Under the pieces are notes generated by a model. That model did no database searches, was not told the DNA's origin, and saw nothing but the letters and a program-made list of their open reading frames with translations. Source: Candidatus Parcubacteria bacterium (lineage in GTDB: Bacteria; Patescibacteriota; Minisyncoccia; Phycocordibacterales; Zambryskibacteraceae). From it: a stretch of DNA of 64,000 bases. This document shows positions 1 to 8,963 of this stretch, in pieces (the first letter of the stretch is position 1; each line of letters starts with the position of its first letter). The translations under genes and the position numbers were made by a program. The DNA is taken from contig JAIFWP010000003.1 of NCBI GenBank assembly GCA_019661785.1, forward strand, positions 31,009 through 95,008. Reading direction: 5' to 3'.

Positions 1-724
1 CGTGCTTCGCCGAGTCTGTGGGCTCGACGTCAACTGCTTGTACTACGCCCATGAGCTCAGGCCTGAGACCAAGGGTGAGCACCTTGTCGCCTGGCTCGAC
101 CGTTATCTCGCGTGGCAAGTCGAGCTTGAAGGTTCCTCCGCCCTTGCCCACAAGCGTCACCTGAACACCGCCCCTCTCAAGGACAGCTTGGGTCTCCTCG
201 CCGCTCCCAGAGTAGAGAGCGACCTTTGACTCGTGGCTCATGGTCTCGCGCACGAGACCAAGTGCCCCACCCAAAGGAAGCGATGCTCTCTGCCCCACCC
301 TTACCCCCTCGCCCTCACCAGCATCTACCACGAGTATGTCGTAGGGAGTCTCGGGCGGATGTACTAGCACTCCAGCGGCAACTCCTGCCACACTCTCATC
401 ACGACCGTATCGTGAGAGGACCTCGTCCCGGCCGCCTTCGAGAGTGCGGTAGGACAGAAGTAAGGTCTCGTAGGATGAGAGCTCCTGCTTTAGAAGCTCG
501 TTCTCTCTTATAAGAGCGTCTTTGCTTCGTACGAGGTCGATAGTGTTGCGCAGCGTCGTTGAGAACACGTTCTCCGCTCGCCAGACTGGCGAGACAGCCG
601 TGACTATATATGAGCGCAGGAGGACAAAAACTATGATGGCAAGCGCGAGAACAGACGCCACCAAGGTGAGGCGCTTCCTCCCTGCTAGCCCGGGATCAGA
701 TCTTCTGCGGAAGTTCGTCTTCAT
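1..724 (-). CDS. mreC: Rod shape-determining protein MreC (partial, C-terminus runs off the window). The start is uncertain and overlaps the mreB stop by about 29 nt if ATG 724 is used.
   Basis: The minus-strand translation downstream of mreB reads MKTNFRRRSDPG..TLVASVLALAIIVF(TM)..coiled-coil ENELLKQEL..VGKGGGTFKLDLPREITVEPGDKVLTLG, which matches the MreC beta-domain. It is missing from the ORF track because no stop falls inside the window. Confidence 0.6.
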   Translation of the reverse strand, partial: MKTNFRRRSDPGLAGRKRLTLVASVLALAIIVFVLLRSYIVTAVSPVWRAENVFSTTLRNTIDLVRSKDALIRENELLKQELSSYETLLLSYRTLEGGRDEVLSRYGRDESVAGVAAGVLVHPPETPYDILVVDAGEGEGVRVGQRASLPLGGALGLVRETMSHESKVALYSGSGEETQAVLERGGVQVTLVGKGGGTFKLDLPREITVEPGDKVLTLGLRPELMGVVQAVDVEPTDSAKH

Positions 725-1757
725 TTTCTATAAGGATATCTCTAAAGCGCTCGACGTCCTCGAGCACCACTCCGGTGCCGCGAGCCACAGCCGAGAGCGG
801 GTCAGAAGCCACATGTATAGGTATGCCTAACTCCTCCTCAAGGAGCTCCGGAAGGCCTCGGAGGAGCGCACCGCCGCCTGAGAGGAAGATGCCTCGGTCT
901 ATGACATCCGCGAGTATCTCTGGCGGCGTGGCCTCGATGACCTCGCGCACGGCATTCACTAAAGCCTCGATAGAGCCTCCCAAAGCCTCGCGTATGTCAG
1001 CGTCGGTGATGATAACCTCTCGAGGCAAGCCGGTAACTAAGTCGCGGCCCTTGACCCTCGCCTCATACAAAGTGTCGCTTGGGATGAGAGCCGTGGCGGA
1101 GAACTTGACTGCTTCGGCGGTCTTCTCACCAATGAGGATTTTAAATTGGTTCCTCACATACGAGATGATGTCTTGGTTGAAGCGGTCGCCTGCAATGCGC
1201 AGATTCTTCGTCCTCACCATGCCGCCAAGCGAGAGCACTGCGATGTCTGATGTGCCGCCGCCGATGTCTAGCACCATGCTCCCTACTGGGTCATGTATAG
1301 GTAGGCGCATGCCGATGGCTGCGGCCATCGGCTCCTCGATGATGTGCACAATACCCGCGCCGGCGCTCCGCGCTGCGTCCCGCACGGCGCGTATCTCAAC
1401 CGAGGTAATGCCTGAGGGCACTCCGACAATCACCCTTGGGGCGAGTATCTTTCTTGAGTGGCCTTGAGCCTTGCCCAAGAGGTATGCGAGCATCTCCTCA
1501 GTGACCTCGAAGTCAGAGATGACTCCGTCGACAAGCGGGCGGATAGCCTTGATGTGGCCGGGCGTGCGCCCGAGCATGGCCTTGGCCTCCGCGCCGACAG
1601 CTACTACCTGACCTGTCTTCTGGTTTACCGCTACTACCGACGGCTCATTCAAAACTATGCCTCTGCCACGCACATAGACCAAGGTGTTGGCTGTGCCTAA
1701 GTCGATGCCAATATCATGGGAGAAGAGTCTCCGCAGTTTTTCCTTAAACCCGGCCAT
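696..1757 (-). CDS. mreB: Rod shape-determining protein MreB (actin-like ATPase)
   Basis: 353 aa. Actin-fold motifs are present: DLGTANTLVYV, LDIGGGTSDIAVLSLGG and GGGALLRGL. Confidence 0.92.
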   Translation of the reverse strand: MAGFKEKLRRLFSHDIGIDLGTANTLVYVRGRGIVLNEPSVVAVNQKTGQVVAVGAEAKAMLGRTPGHIKAIRPLVDGVISDFEVTEEMLAYLLGKAQGHSRKILAPRVIVGVPSGITSVEIRAVRDAARSAGAGIVHIIEEPMAAAIGMRLPIHDPVGSMVLDIGGGTSDIAVLSLGGMVRTKNLRIAGDRFNQDIISYVRNQFKILIGEKTAEAVKFSATALIPSDTLYEARVKGRDLVTGLPREVIITDADIREALGGSIEALVNAVREVIEATPPEILADVIDRGIFLSGGGALLRGLPELLEEELGIPIHVASDPLSAVARGTGVVLEDVERFRDILIENEDELPQKI

Positions 1758-1761
1758 GGCA

Positions 1762-3015
1762 TTAATCCTTAAGCTCCTGAAGCAAATGCTCGAGGCTCAC
1801 CTCGCTAGTCTTGCCAGTCTCTCGGTCAGTAAGTTCGTAGAGCTTCGACTCGAGAGTCTTCTTGCCAACAGTGATGCGGCTAGGGATGCCTATGAGGTCC
1901 GCGTCAGCGAACTTCTCCCCCGCTCTAGCGTCACGGTCGTCAAAGAGGACTTCAATACCTTCCGCAGTGAGGGTCTTGTAGACCTCATGAGCCAATGCCT
2001 TGATATCGGCATCGTCATGCACCGCGAGTATAAGATGCGCGCGGAAAGGAGCGATGGACTTGGGCCAGACTATGCCCTTCTCGTCGCTTAGAGCCTCGAC
2101 TACCACTCCCATGAGGCGAGTGACGCCAATACCGTATGAGCCGAGATGCACAGGCACGCTCTTGCCCCCCTCGTCCTTGTACATGAGTCCAAGCTGCTCT
2201 GACTTAACCCCGCCAAAATCGAATATGTTGCCAACCTCTGCCGCCGTCTCCTCTACGAGGTCAGCGCGATTCACCCCGAGGTCGCTTAGGACTTCGTCAG
2301 TGAGCACTTCTTTATTGATAGCGATACCCTTCTTCGTATCTACATATATAGTATCCTCGCCGGCAGGCAAGATGGTTTGGAACTCGTGGCTAAACTTAGT
2401 GAAGGCCCCTCCAGAGGCAAAGGTGAGGCGGGTCAGCTCTCCTAGCCCTACTCTCTTGAATACATTGAGGTACGCCTCGATAACCGAATCATAGAACTTC
2501 TTGTGCTCCTCAGGATTAGTGGTGTACGAGTACATGTCCTTCATGAGGAACTCTCTGCCTCGCATGATGCCGCTCTTGGCGCGGAGCTCGTTCCTTAGCT
2601 TAGTTTGGAATTGGTACACATACGCAGGTAGGTCGCGGTAGCTACTGACGAAGTTCTTCATCATGTCGGTGATAGGCTCCTCATGCGACCAGCCAAAGCC
2701 AACCTCCGCTCCGCTCTTGAGTGCAGATTTGAACCAAACATCCACCTTCTCGTCACTCCAGCGATCAGTCTTCTCCCAAAGCTCCTTGCGCTGGAGAGTG
2801 GTCATAGATATCTCCTCCCCGCCGAGCCTGTTCATCTCCTCGCGCACAATGTGCTTTATCTTCTCTAGCACTCTGAGGCCGAGAGGCAAGTAGGCATATG
2901 CTCCGGCCATCTCCTTGTGTATGTATCCTCCTCGTATCAAAAGTTCGGCATTCCTAGAGACCTCGTCCTTGGGCGCATCCTTGCGAGTCTTCGTGAAAAG
3001 CCTGCTCTGTAACAT
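1762..3015 (-). CDS. proS: Proline--tRNA ligase (short bacterial type without the editing insertion)
   Basis: 417 aa with class II aaRS motifs (FKSALKSGAEVGFGWSHEEP..RGREFLMKDMYS) and a C-terminal anticodon-binding domain. Confidence 0.88.
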   Translation of the reverse strand: MLQSRLFTKTRKDAPKDEVSRNAELLIRGGYIHKEMAGAYAYLPLGLRVLEKIKHIVREEMNRLGGEEISMTTLQRKELWEKTDRWSDEKVDVWFKSALKSGAEVGFGWSHEEPITDMMKNFVSSYRDLPAYVYQFQTKLRNELRAKSGIMRGREFLMKDMYSYTTNPEEHKKFYDSVIEAYLNVFKRVGLGELTRLTFASGGAFTKFSHEFQTILPAGEDTIYVDTKKGIAINKEVLTDEVLSDLGVNRADLVEETAAEVGNIFDFGGVKSEQLGLMYKDEGGKSVPVHLGSYGIGVTRLMGVVVEALSDEKGIVWPKSIAPFRAHLILAVHDDADIKALAHEVYKTLTAEGIEVLFDDRDARAGEKFADADLIGIPSRITVGKKTLESKLYELTDRETGKTSEVSLEHLLQELKD

Positions 3016-3047
3016 GGCACTATAGTACCCGAAAAACGGAGGTAAAA

Positions 3048-3344
3048 CTAGGCAGCCAGATCTTTCTTGATATCCAAATCGTTTAGCTTCTCATGGAACA
3101 TATTGCATATCATGTCCCGGTCCGAATTCCATAAGTTGAGCACATCTTTATTGTTGGCTATAAAGTCGTTGAAGAATGACTCAAAATCATCATTATGCTT
3201 TTCAAACCAAACCTTCTCGCATTCGCCGTCCTCATCAAAGGCACATACGCCAGCAAGCAGCGCGCCGCGAATCTCCTCTCTGACTATATTGATATCCTCA
3301 ACTGACTCCCGGCTTTCGCTTGATTTTGGTATTTCGAAATTCAT
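3048..3344 (-). CDS. Hypothetical small acidic protein
   Basis: 98 aa ORF lying co-directionally between rseP and proS. No recognisable motif. Confidence 0.35.
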   Translation of the reverse strand: MNFEIPKSSESRESVEDINIVREEIRGALLAGVCAFDEDGECEKVWFEKHNDDFESFFNDFIANNKDVLNLWNSDRDMICNMFHEKLNDLDIKKDLAA

Positions 3345-3351
3345 AGGGATA

Positions 3352-4059
3352 TTATACCAAGTGGGCGATGTCTCGAACAGTGATTAACACCATAAGGATA
3401 ATGAGGAGAGCGAAGCTCACAAGGTTGAGTTTATTGAAGAGCTCCTTAGACAAACGCCTCTTACGCAGGCGCTCGACTATGACGATGAGGAGTCTGCCTC
3501 CATCTAGAGCCGGTATAGGGATGAGGTTAATGATAGCGAGGTTCACCGAGATGAGAGCGGCGAAGTAGAGTATGTATGAAAGGCCGAGCGACTTGGCCAT
3601 GCCGACGATGGATACTAGGCCGACAGGTCCGACTACGTCCTTCACCTCAGAGCTAAATATGGATGTGATGGTGAGCCAAGTAATCTTCCCTGTAGTGAGG
3701 AGACCATGCCATATGCCAGCAAAGAAGCCATGTTGTACAAAGCTCCCTCCGCTCTCTATGCCATGCATGAGCATGATAGAGAAGAGGAGCCAAGCAAGGG
3801 CGAAATTGGCAAGAACACCTGCTAGGAGAACAAAGGGCTTCCTCTCCCCTTCCTCCTCCATGCGCACAAAGCCGCCAAATGGCAGCCAGTTGAGAGTGAA
3901 GTCAGTATCCTTCCACCTGAAGAGCTTCTTTGCCCTGGGCGGGAAACCGACACCAAACTCCTCGACCTTTACCCCAAGCCTCTTGGCTACGACGAAGTGA
4001 CCCAATTCATGGACAATGACTAAGACAGACAGAATGATGAGGAATAATAAAATTGTCAT
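3352..4059 (-). CDS. rseP: Site-2 protease, M50 family zinc metalloprotease (RseP-like, no PDZ domain)
   Basis: 235 aa multi-TM protein with an HELGH zinc motif near the N-terminus and an LDGG motif in a C-terminal TM helix. Confidence 0.8.
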   Translation of the reverse strand: MTILLFLIILSVLVIVHELGHFVVAKRLGVKVEEFGVGFPPRAKKLFRWKDTDFTLNWLPFGGFVRMEEEGERKPFVLLAGVLANFALAWLLFSIMLMHGIESGGSFVQHGFFAGIWHGLLTTGKITWLTITSIFSSEVKDVVGPVGLVSIVGMAKSLGLSYILYFAALISVNLAIINLIPIPALDGGRLLIVIVERLRKRRLSKELFNKLNLVSFALLIILMVLITVRDIAHLV

Positions 4060-4078
4060 ATGCCGAGCCTGCGAGGCA

Positions 4079-4630
4079 TCATTCAGAGATTTCTTTCTCC
4101 TTCTTTGCTAAGAGCTCTTCGAGCTTCTTGTTCGACTCGTCTACGAGCTTCTGCAAATCTTGCTTAGCGCGGAAAGCATCGTCCTTGCCCATCTTGCTAT
4201 CCTTCTCCTGCTTGTCGACGTCGGAGTGTATCTTCTCGCGCTCGGTGCGGACGCGGATGCGGGCTTCCTCGAGCTTCTGCTTCGCCACTTTGGCAAGCTC
4301 GGTGCGTCGCTCAGCCGTGAGCGAGGGGAAGTTCACTCGTATACCTTTATCGTCCATAGACACCGAGAGTCCTAGGCTCGACTGGCCTATGGCTGTCTCT
4401 ATAGCCTTCGACACTGCGGCATCCCAAGGCACTATGCGGATAGACTGCGGGCCTTCGACATTTATATTGGCTACTTGGCTAATGCTCATCTTGCTGCCGT
4501 ATGCATCGACCTGTATGCCATCGAGGATAGCAGGCATAGCTTTGCCAGTACGAAGACCTGAGTACTCCTTCTTGAGCCACTCCACAGCATTGTCCGCCCC
4601 AGCCTTGAATTGAGAAAAGTTATATGCCAT
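4079..4630 (-). CDS. frr: Ribosome recycling factor
   Basis: 183 aa. Conserved RRF segments are present (MPAILDGIQVDAYGS..LTAERRTELAKVAKQKLEEARIRVR) and frr classically lies near rseP. Confidence 0.9.
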   Translation of the reverse strand: MAYNFSQFKAGADNAVEWLKKEYSGLRTGKAMPAILDGIQVDAYGSKMSISQVANINVEGPQSIRIVPWDAAVSKAIETAIGQSSLGLSVSMDDKGIRVNFPSLTAERRTELAKVAKQKLEEARIRVRTEREKIHSDVDKQEKDSKMGKDDAFRAKQDLQKLVDESNKKLEELLAKKEKEISE

Positions 4631-4694
4631 TTCTGTTTATTATCTTTGAATTTTAGCATGAATTCTGCGTATGTTTATAGGCCTATTTTAGAGC

Positions 4695-4723
4695 TTGACA
4701 AATGGCTATATTTATGATAGTAT
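4695..4723 (+). promoter_or_regulatory. Sigma70-type promoter: TTGACA, 17 nt spacer, extended -10 TGA-TAGTAT. Member of a repeated promoter family.
   Basis: Sequence is cTTGACAaatggctatatttaTGATAGTATataagaag. The stretch TATGATAGTATATAAGAAG is identical to the promoter at 52271. Confidence 0.55.
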
Positions 4724-4784
4724 ATAAGAAGATGTACGGTTCGGGGATTTCCCCCGGAACGGAACTCCTGTACTGGAGCTTACA

Positions 4785-5240
4785 ATGCCGAGCAACGAGA
4801 TTAACCTGAGCAGCTCAGTCCTCACTTCCTTCGAGGTTGTGCGCAAGGCGCTGGAGATTCGCTACGGAGCTCAAATCAGCTTCGTAGGTTCGATGAAAAT
4901 CACGCCCGACGATCCGGACAGAACGCCCGGCTCGAAACGCCAGGTCGTTCTACAGACCAAGTTCGACACGATGAAGGGGACCCTTCGTATCATGGTCGAA
5001 CTGGGACTCAGCGCAATCGTGTTCCTCGAGTATATCGACTGCGCATGGCGCTTCGATTACGCCGAGGTGCGGGTGCAGAATCCGAACGACCAATCGGCAC
5101 GCACCGACGGGAGCTACCGGTACACTGTTTGCTATGCGAAGGAGCGCCAGTATGACACCCATCTGTTTGTCGGAGACCCGCTAGACAACATCAGCTATCG
5201 CGGCCATGATATGAGCGATAGGGTCGAAGTGAAGTGGTGA
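4785..5240 (+). CDS. Hypothetical protein (151 aa)
   Basis: ORF with GGAG 6 nt upstream of the ATG. A strong promoter lies upstream and an intrinsic terminator downstream. No recognisable domain. Confidence 0.55.
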   Translation: MPSNEINLSSSVLTSFEVVRKALEIRYGAQISFVGSMKITPDDPDRTPGSKRQVVLQTKFDTMKGTLRIMVELGLSAIVFLEYIDCAWRFDYAEVRVQNPNDQSARTDGSYRYTVCYAKERQYDTHLFVGDPLDNISYRGHDMSDRVEVKW

Positions 5241-5249
5241 GTGGCTCAC

Positions 5250-5298
5250 GCCGCCCGAGAGTTAGAGTCGCCCGACTCAACTCGGGCGGCTTTCTTTT
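5250..5298 (+). terminator. Rho-independent terminator
   Basis: 10 bp GC stem gccgcccgag/ctcgggcggc with a nested inner hairpin, followed by TTTCTTTT. Confidence 0.55.
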
Positions 5299-5932
5299 AT
5301 AAAACCAGTGCTAAGTGTTCGAGGATAAGCCTCGGCATGGCACCGGAGTCGCGGGCATAGGTGCGGAGTTCTAGGACCTTCTTCTGCATTTCAAGCGGGG
5401 CCCCATCGGCGCGGAGCTTGAGGAGGAGTGAGTCGAGGAATAAGGCCAAAGCACCGGCTCCCCTCTCTTCCTTCTCATCGGCGAACTTCTTGGCGAAGTC
5501 GATACGCTGCTTGAGAGTCTTCGTAAGAAATTTCTCCACCTCTTTGTTCTTGCCTAGTTCGCCTCCGACTCTAACTTGATGCAATCGTGACAGAAGCGTG
5601 GGCAGGAAGACGCTCGACTCCCTAGCCGAGATGAAGAAGTGGGTATTCGCTACTGGGTCCTCAAAGGTTTTGAGGAGCGCATTCTGCGCCTCGGAGGTGA
5701 ACTTGTTTGCATGTATGACGAAGACCTTCCGCGCCTTATCTCCTTTGCCAAAAGCCTTCTCTATAGCCCTGTCACTTAGCTCTCTCGCATCATCTACGCC
5801 AAAGACATCTTGAGAGATGACGAAGACATCCGGATTGCCGACAGGGCTAATGCCAGACTCATCAAAAACATCCTTGAGATACTCGTCTGCTTCATCTCGC
5901 TCACCTATTAGTAGATAGGCGTGATGCTGCAT
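5297..5932 (-). CDS. holB: DNA polymerase III delta-prime subunit (short form)
   Basis: 211 aa. Degenerate AAA+ clamp-loader motifs: HAYLLIG, VFVIHANKFTSEAQNALLKTFEDP, and SRL as sensor-1. Confidence 0.7.
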   Translation of the reverse strand: MQHHAYLLIGERDEADEYLKDVFDESGISPVGNPDVFVISQDVFGVDDARELSDRAIEKAFGKGDKARKVFVIHANKFTSEAQNALLKTFEDPVANTHFFISARESSVFLPTLLSRLHQVRVGGELGKNKEVEKFLTKTLKQRIDFAKKFADEKEERGAGALALFLDSLLLKLRADGAPLEMQKKVLELRTYARDSGAMPRLILEHLALVL

Positions 5933-5954
5933 GTTCTACTTGATTACCGAATTT

Positions 5955-6422
5955 TTAGTGTGGCTTCTCGACCTTCAAGAGTTCAACGTCGAAGATGAGG
6001 GTAGAGTTCCCTGGTATAGGACCGACTGCCTGAGCGCCGTAACCGAAGTCAGGAGCGATAGTGAGGCGTCTCTTGCCTCCGACCTTCATACCAACAACAC
6101 CCTGGTCCCAACCCTTGATAACCTGGCCTGTGCCGAGGACGAAAACGATAGGCTGGCCTCTGTCGTGAGAGCTGTCGAAGACCTTGCCATCAGTGAGAGT
6201 GCCTACATAGTGGACGGTAACGGTGTCGCCAGGCGCAGCTATGGCTCCGCTGCCTACTACTGTATCTGTGGTCTTAACTCCGGTTGGTTGGGTATTCACT
6301 TGTGCTGGGTTAGCTTGTGTCTTAGGGGTAAAAAGGCTCATGAACAGGTTCCCGTAGAAGAGGAAGCCGACTGTGCCGAGAGCCGCTGCCACTCCTATGG
6401 CGATATTTGTATTCTTTTTCAT
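5955..6422 (-). CDS. FKBP-type peptidyl-prolyl cis-trans isomerase (membrane-anchored or secreted)
   Basis: FKBP core [47 protein letters not shown]. The N-terminal hydrophobic segment starts at [10 protein letters not shown]. The ORF track extends the start upstream, but the internal ATG at 6422 fits better. Confidence 0.8.
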   Translation of the reverse strand: MKKNTNIAIGVAAALGTVGFLFYGNLFMSLFTPKTQANPAQVNTQPTGVKTTDTVVGSGAIAAPGDTVTVHYVGTLTDGKVFDSSHDRGQPIVFVLGTGQVIKGWDQGVVGMKVGGKRRLTIAPDFGYGAQAVGPIPGNSTLIFDVELLKVEKPH

Positions 6423-6456
6423 AATAATCTTAAGAGTATATGTTATTATACCGCGT

Positions 6457-7176
6457 ATGGAGAAAGAACAAAACGTCCACACTCTGACCAAAGAGGAGAT
6501 ACAGGGCGTCGCCAGAGAGCGCGTGGAGGAAATAGCCAAGGAGTTCAAGGCCGGATTCAAGTTCCTCGAGGACTACCCTAAGTCAGTAACCTTCTTCGGC
6601 TCATCTCTCATGAAGGAGGACAATCCTTATTGCCTCTCAGCCCGCAAGCTCGCAGGACGCATATCTACTGAACTTGGATACTCAGTGCTCACTGGTGGAG
6701 GTCCGGGCATCATGGAGGCAGCCAATCGAGGCGCGACTGAAGCCGGCGGCACCTCGCTCGCCATCACTATCAAGCTCCCTACGCCTCAGACCATAAACCA
6801 TTTCATAACTAGTGAGATAGACCCTTACTACTTCTTCGTGAGGAAGGTCTGTCTCGGCTTCTCGGCAGAGGCTTTCATCTTCTACCCAGGAGGCTTTGGC
6901 ACTCTCGACGAGTTCTTCGAGATAATCACTCTTATACAGACAAGGAAGATTGTTGGCGTGCCTCTTATCTGCGTCGGTAGCGACTACTGGAAGTCTCTTG
7001 AGCGCTTCATGCAAGCTGAGCTCCTCTCTCGAGGCACGATACTCCCTGAGGACCTCCTCTTATACAACATCACTGACGACCACGACGAAATACTTGAGAT
7101 TATCAAGAAAGCTCCTATAAGAAACGGTCTGGAATTCCACCTTAATGCTGAAGTGCCTACCTCGCCTACAGTCTAA
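6457..7176 (+). CDS. LOG family protein (cytokinin riboside 5'-monophosphate phosphoribohydrolase-like, TIGR00730 type)
   Basis: Contains [14 protein letters not shown] and PGGFGTLDE. Start placed at MEKEQNV, since the upstream extension is hydrophobic junk overlapping the divergent gene. Confidence 0.8.
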   Translation: MEKEQNVHTLTKEEIQGVARERVEEIAKEFKAGFKFLEDYPKSVTFFGSSLMKEDNPYCLSARKLAGRISTELGYSVLTGGGPGIMEAANRGATEAGGTSLAITIKLPTPQTINHFITSEIDPYYFFVRKVCLGFSAEAFIFYPGGFGTLDEFFEIITLIQTRKIVGVPLICVGSDYWKSLERFMQAELLSRGTILPEDLLLYNITDDHDEILEIIKKAPIRNGLEFHLNAEVPTSPTV

Positions 7177-7178
7177 AT

Positions 7179-7694
7179 TTACTTAAAGAAGATGGGTACT
7201 GCGTAGTATCGCGCGTTGGCCTCAAGGCCTGAAGGATTGTCATTCATGAAGACGACTGCACCCTCGTTTGAAGTATTGCCGGAGAACACAATCGTACCAG
7301 TGAAGGGTACCGTGCCAGTAGCCTGCATCCAATCCCCCTGCGCGGTAATGGTGCCGCGGCCAAGGACCTTACCGTTCGTGTCTATGACCATGACAGGAGC
7401 CGATGCCTCGAAGTACCATCCGCCCTTGGCTCTGCCCGTAACAGTGAGAGGAGAGGTTATCTTGTCGCCGAGCTTGGGCTTAGTTATCACTATGTCCCCT
7501 GCGCTTGCCTGTGTGCCGACTATAGGGAGTATAGGCGTGCCTTTGACAGCGCCATTGTTGCCAGATGATGGGGTCGAGGTAGCTGTCTGGCCATCATCTA
7601 TAGCATCCACAGAATCTCCCCTCTGGCTGTATATAAGCCATCCCAAAAGCACTACCACTACGAGCGCAACAACCCAAACGACGGATTTTTTCAT
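7179..7694 (-). CDS. Secreted or membrane-anchored protein, GerMN/Gmad2-like immunoglobulin-like domain (tentative)
   Basis: N-terminal TM/signal segment (VVWVVALVVVVLLGWLIY), a Thr/Gly-rich linker, then a beta-rich domain. Confidence 0.45.
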   Translation of the reverse strand: MKKSVVWVVALVVVVLLGWLIYSQRGDSVDAIDDGQTATSTPSSGNNGAVKGTPILPIVGTQASAGDIVITKPKLGDKITSPLTVTGRAKGGWYFEASAPVMVIDTNGKVLGRGTITAQGDWMQATGTVPFTGTIVFSGNTSNEGAVVFMNDNPSGLEANARYYAVPIFFK

Positions 7695-7708
7695 ATGTCT
7701 ATAGACGT

Positions 7709-8947
7709 TTACTTGAATAGATTCTTAACTGCGCCGCCCACGAATTCCTCGGCATAGTCACGGAATTTGTATAGGAGGGGTTTGCCGGCGAGACTCCTCT
7801 TGGGGTCATAGAGTTCCTTGTACTTGCTCCCCCTATCCATTATAAGGTCAGTTAGGATTTTCCCCGATATGGCGGAGTAAGTCATGCCGTTCCCTGAGAA
7901 GGCCGCCGCGACGTATTGATGCTCTGCATATTCGCCAATGAGAGGTAAGCCGTCCGAGGGCTCAAGTATCCCGCCCTGCCACTTGTGCGAGACTTTATAT
8001 TTAAGACCGGTGAAGGTGTCATCGATGAACTCCTTCAAAGCCCTGAAGCTCTTGCCCTCCTCGAAGCCGAGCTCGGCCCTGTGGTCCTCCCCGCCGACTA
8101 TCATGGTCTGCTTGTCCTCCTCATCATCAACGCGGAAGTAGTGGTACGGATTGCGATTGTCCTCGTATAGGCCCACTTCGAGAGAGTCTTTGGGTATCTC
8201 GAGAGCGTATACATAGGTCACATACATACCCTTCTTGAAGTGGGTCGGCTTAGGATTGTTGAAGGGTTCATAGGTTGCGACGACCACGTCCTTAGCCTCG
8301 ACAGACCTACCCGACTTCGTGAGTATGTGCACGCCGCCCGCGCTTGGAGTGAGCTCTGCGGCCTCAGCCTTCTCGTGGAATTTAACGCCATTCTTCTCCG
8401 CAGCTTTTATAAGCCCCCTTAGGAACTTCATCGGGTGATATTTGGCTTGGCCGGGCATTTTCATCGCTCCGGCATTAGTGAAGCCCTTGAGCGGACTCTC
8501 TAAGAGTCCAGCATTGAAGCCGAGTCTCCTTACCTCGGACTCTTCATCGCGCAGAGTCTCAAGCTCCTTATCGTCCTTGGCATAAGTGTGTATTGGCACT
8601 CTCATGAAGTCGCAGTCTACCTTCTCCTCTTGTATGACCGCCTCTATCTGGTCGATAGCCTCGCGGCCGGCAAGCCAGGAGAGTTTGGCCTTCTCGTCAC
8701 CAAACATTTTTACAAGGTCAGAAAGGTCGGTATCGATGACTTGTGTGATGAAGGCTGTGGTATAGAGAGTGGCCGCGCGGCCGAGCTTGTCCGCCTCAAG
8801 CAAAATGACCGACTTGCCCGCCTTAGACAGAAGATACGCTGTCCATATGCCAGCTATCCCGCCGCCGACTATGCAGACGTCTGCCTGAGCGTCCTCGCGT
8901 AGAGGCTCGAACTCTGGCATGTCTTCGATTTCCCAAACGCTAGACAT
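7709..8947 (-). CDS. FAD-dependent oxidoreductase (DAO family)
   Basis: 412 aa with an N-terminal dinucleotide-binding motif VCIVGGGIAGIWTAYLLSKAG. Confidence 0.8.
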   Translation of the reverse strand: MSSVWEIEDMPEFEPLREDAQADVCIVGGGIAGIWTAYLLSKAGKSVILLEADKLGRAATLYTTAFITQVIDTDLSDLVKMFGDEKAKLSWLAGREAIDQIEAVIQEEKVDCDFMRVPIHTYAKDDKELETLRDEESEVRRLGFNAGLLESPLKGFTNAGAMKMPGQAKYHPMKFLRGLIKAAEKNGVKFHEKAEAAELTPSAGGVHILTKSGRSVEAKDVVVATYEPFNNPKPTHFKKGMYVTYVYALEIPKDSLEVGLYEDNRNPYHYFRVDDEEDKQTMIVGGEDHRAELGFEEGKSFRALKEFIDDTFTGLKYKVSHKWQGGILEPSDGLPLIGEYAEHQYVAAAFSGNGMTYSAISGKILTDLIMDRGSKYKELYDPKRSLAGKPLLYKFRDYAEEFVGGAVKNLFK

Positions 8948-8963
8948 AAGTTAAGATGTGGTT

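Noticed and set aside
2-513. Plus-strand ORFs 2..229 and 226..513 from the track
   Set aside because: They lie antisense to the clear MreC reading frame on the minus strand, and the translations are Arg/Pro-rich with no motifs. Spurious.
775-1467. 230 aa plus-strand ORF inside mreB
   Set aside because: Antisense to a highly conserved MreB frame. The low-complexity Ser/Ala/Arg composition is typical of shadow ORFs.
5931-6581. 216 aa plus-strand ORF overlapping the FKBP gene
   Set aside because: It is antisense to the FKBP PPIase, has no motifs, and its start region lies inside the divergent promoter area.
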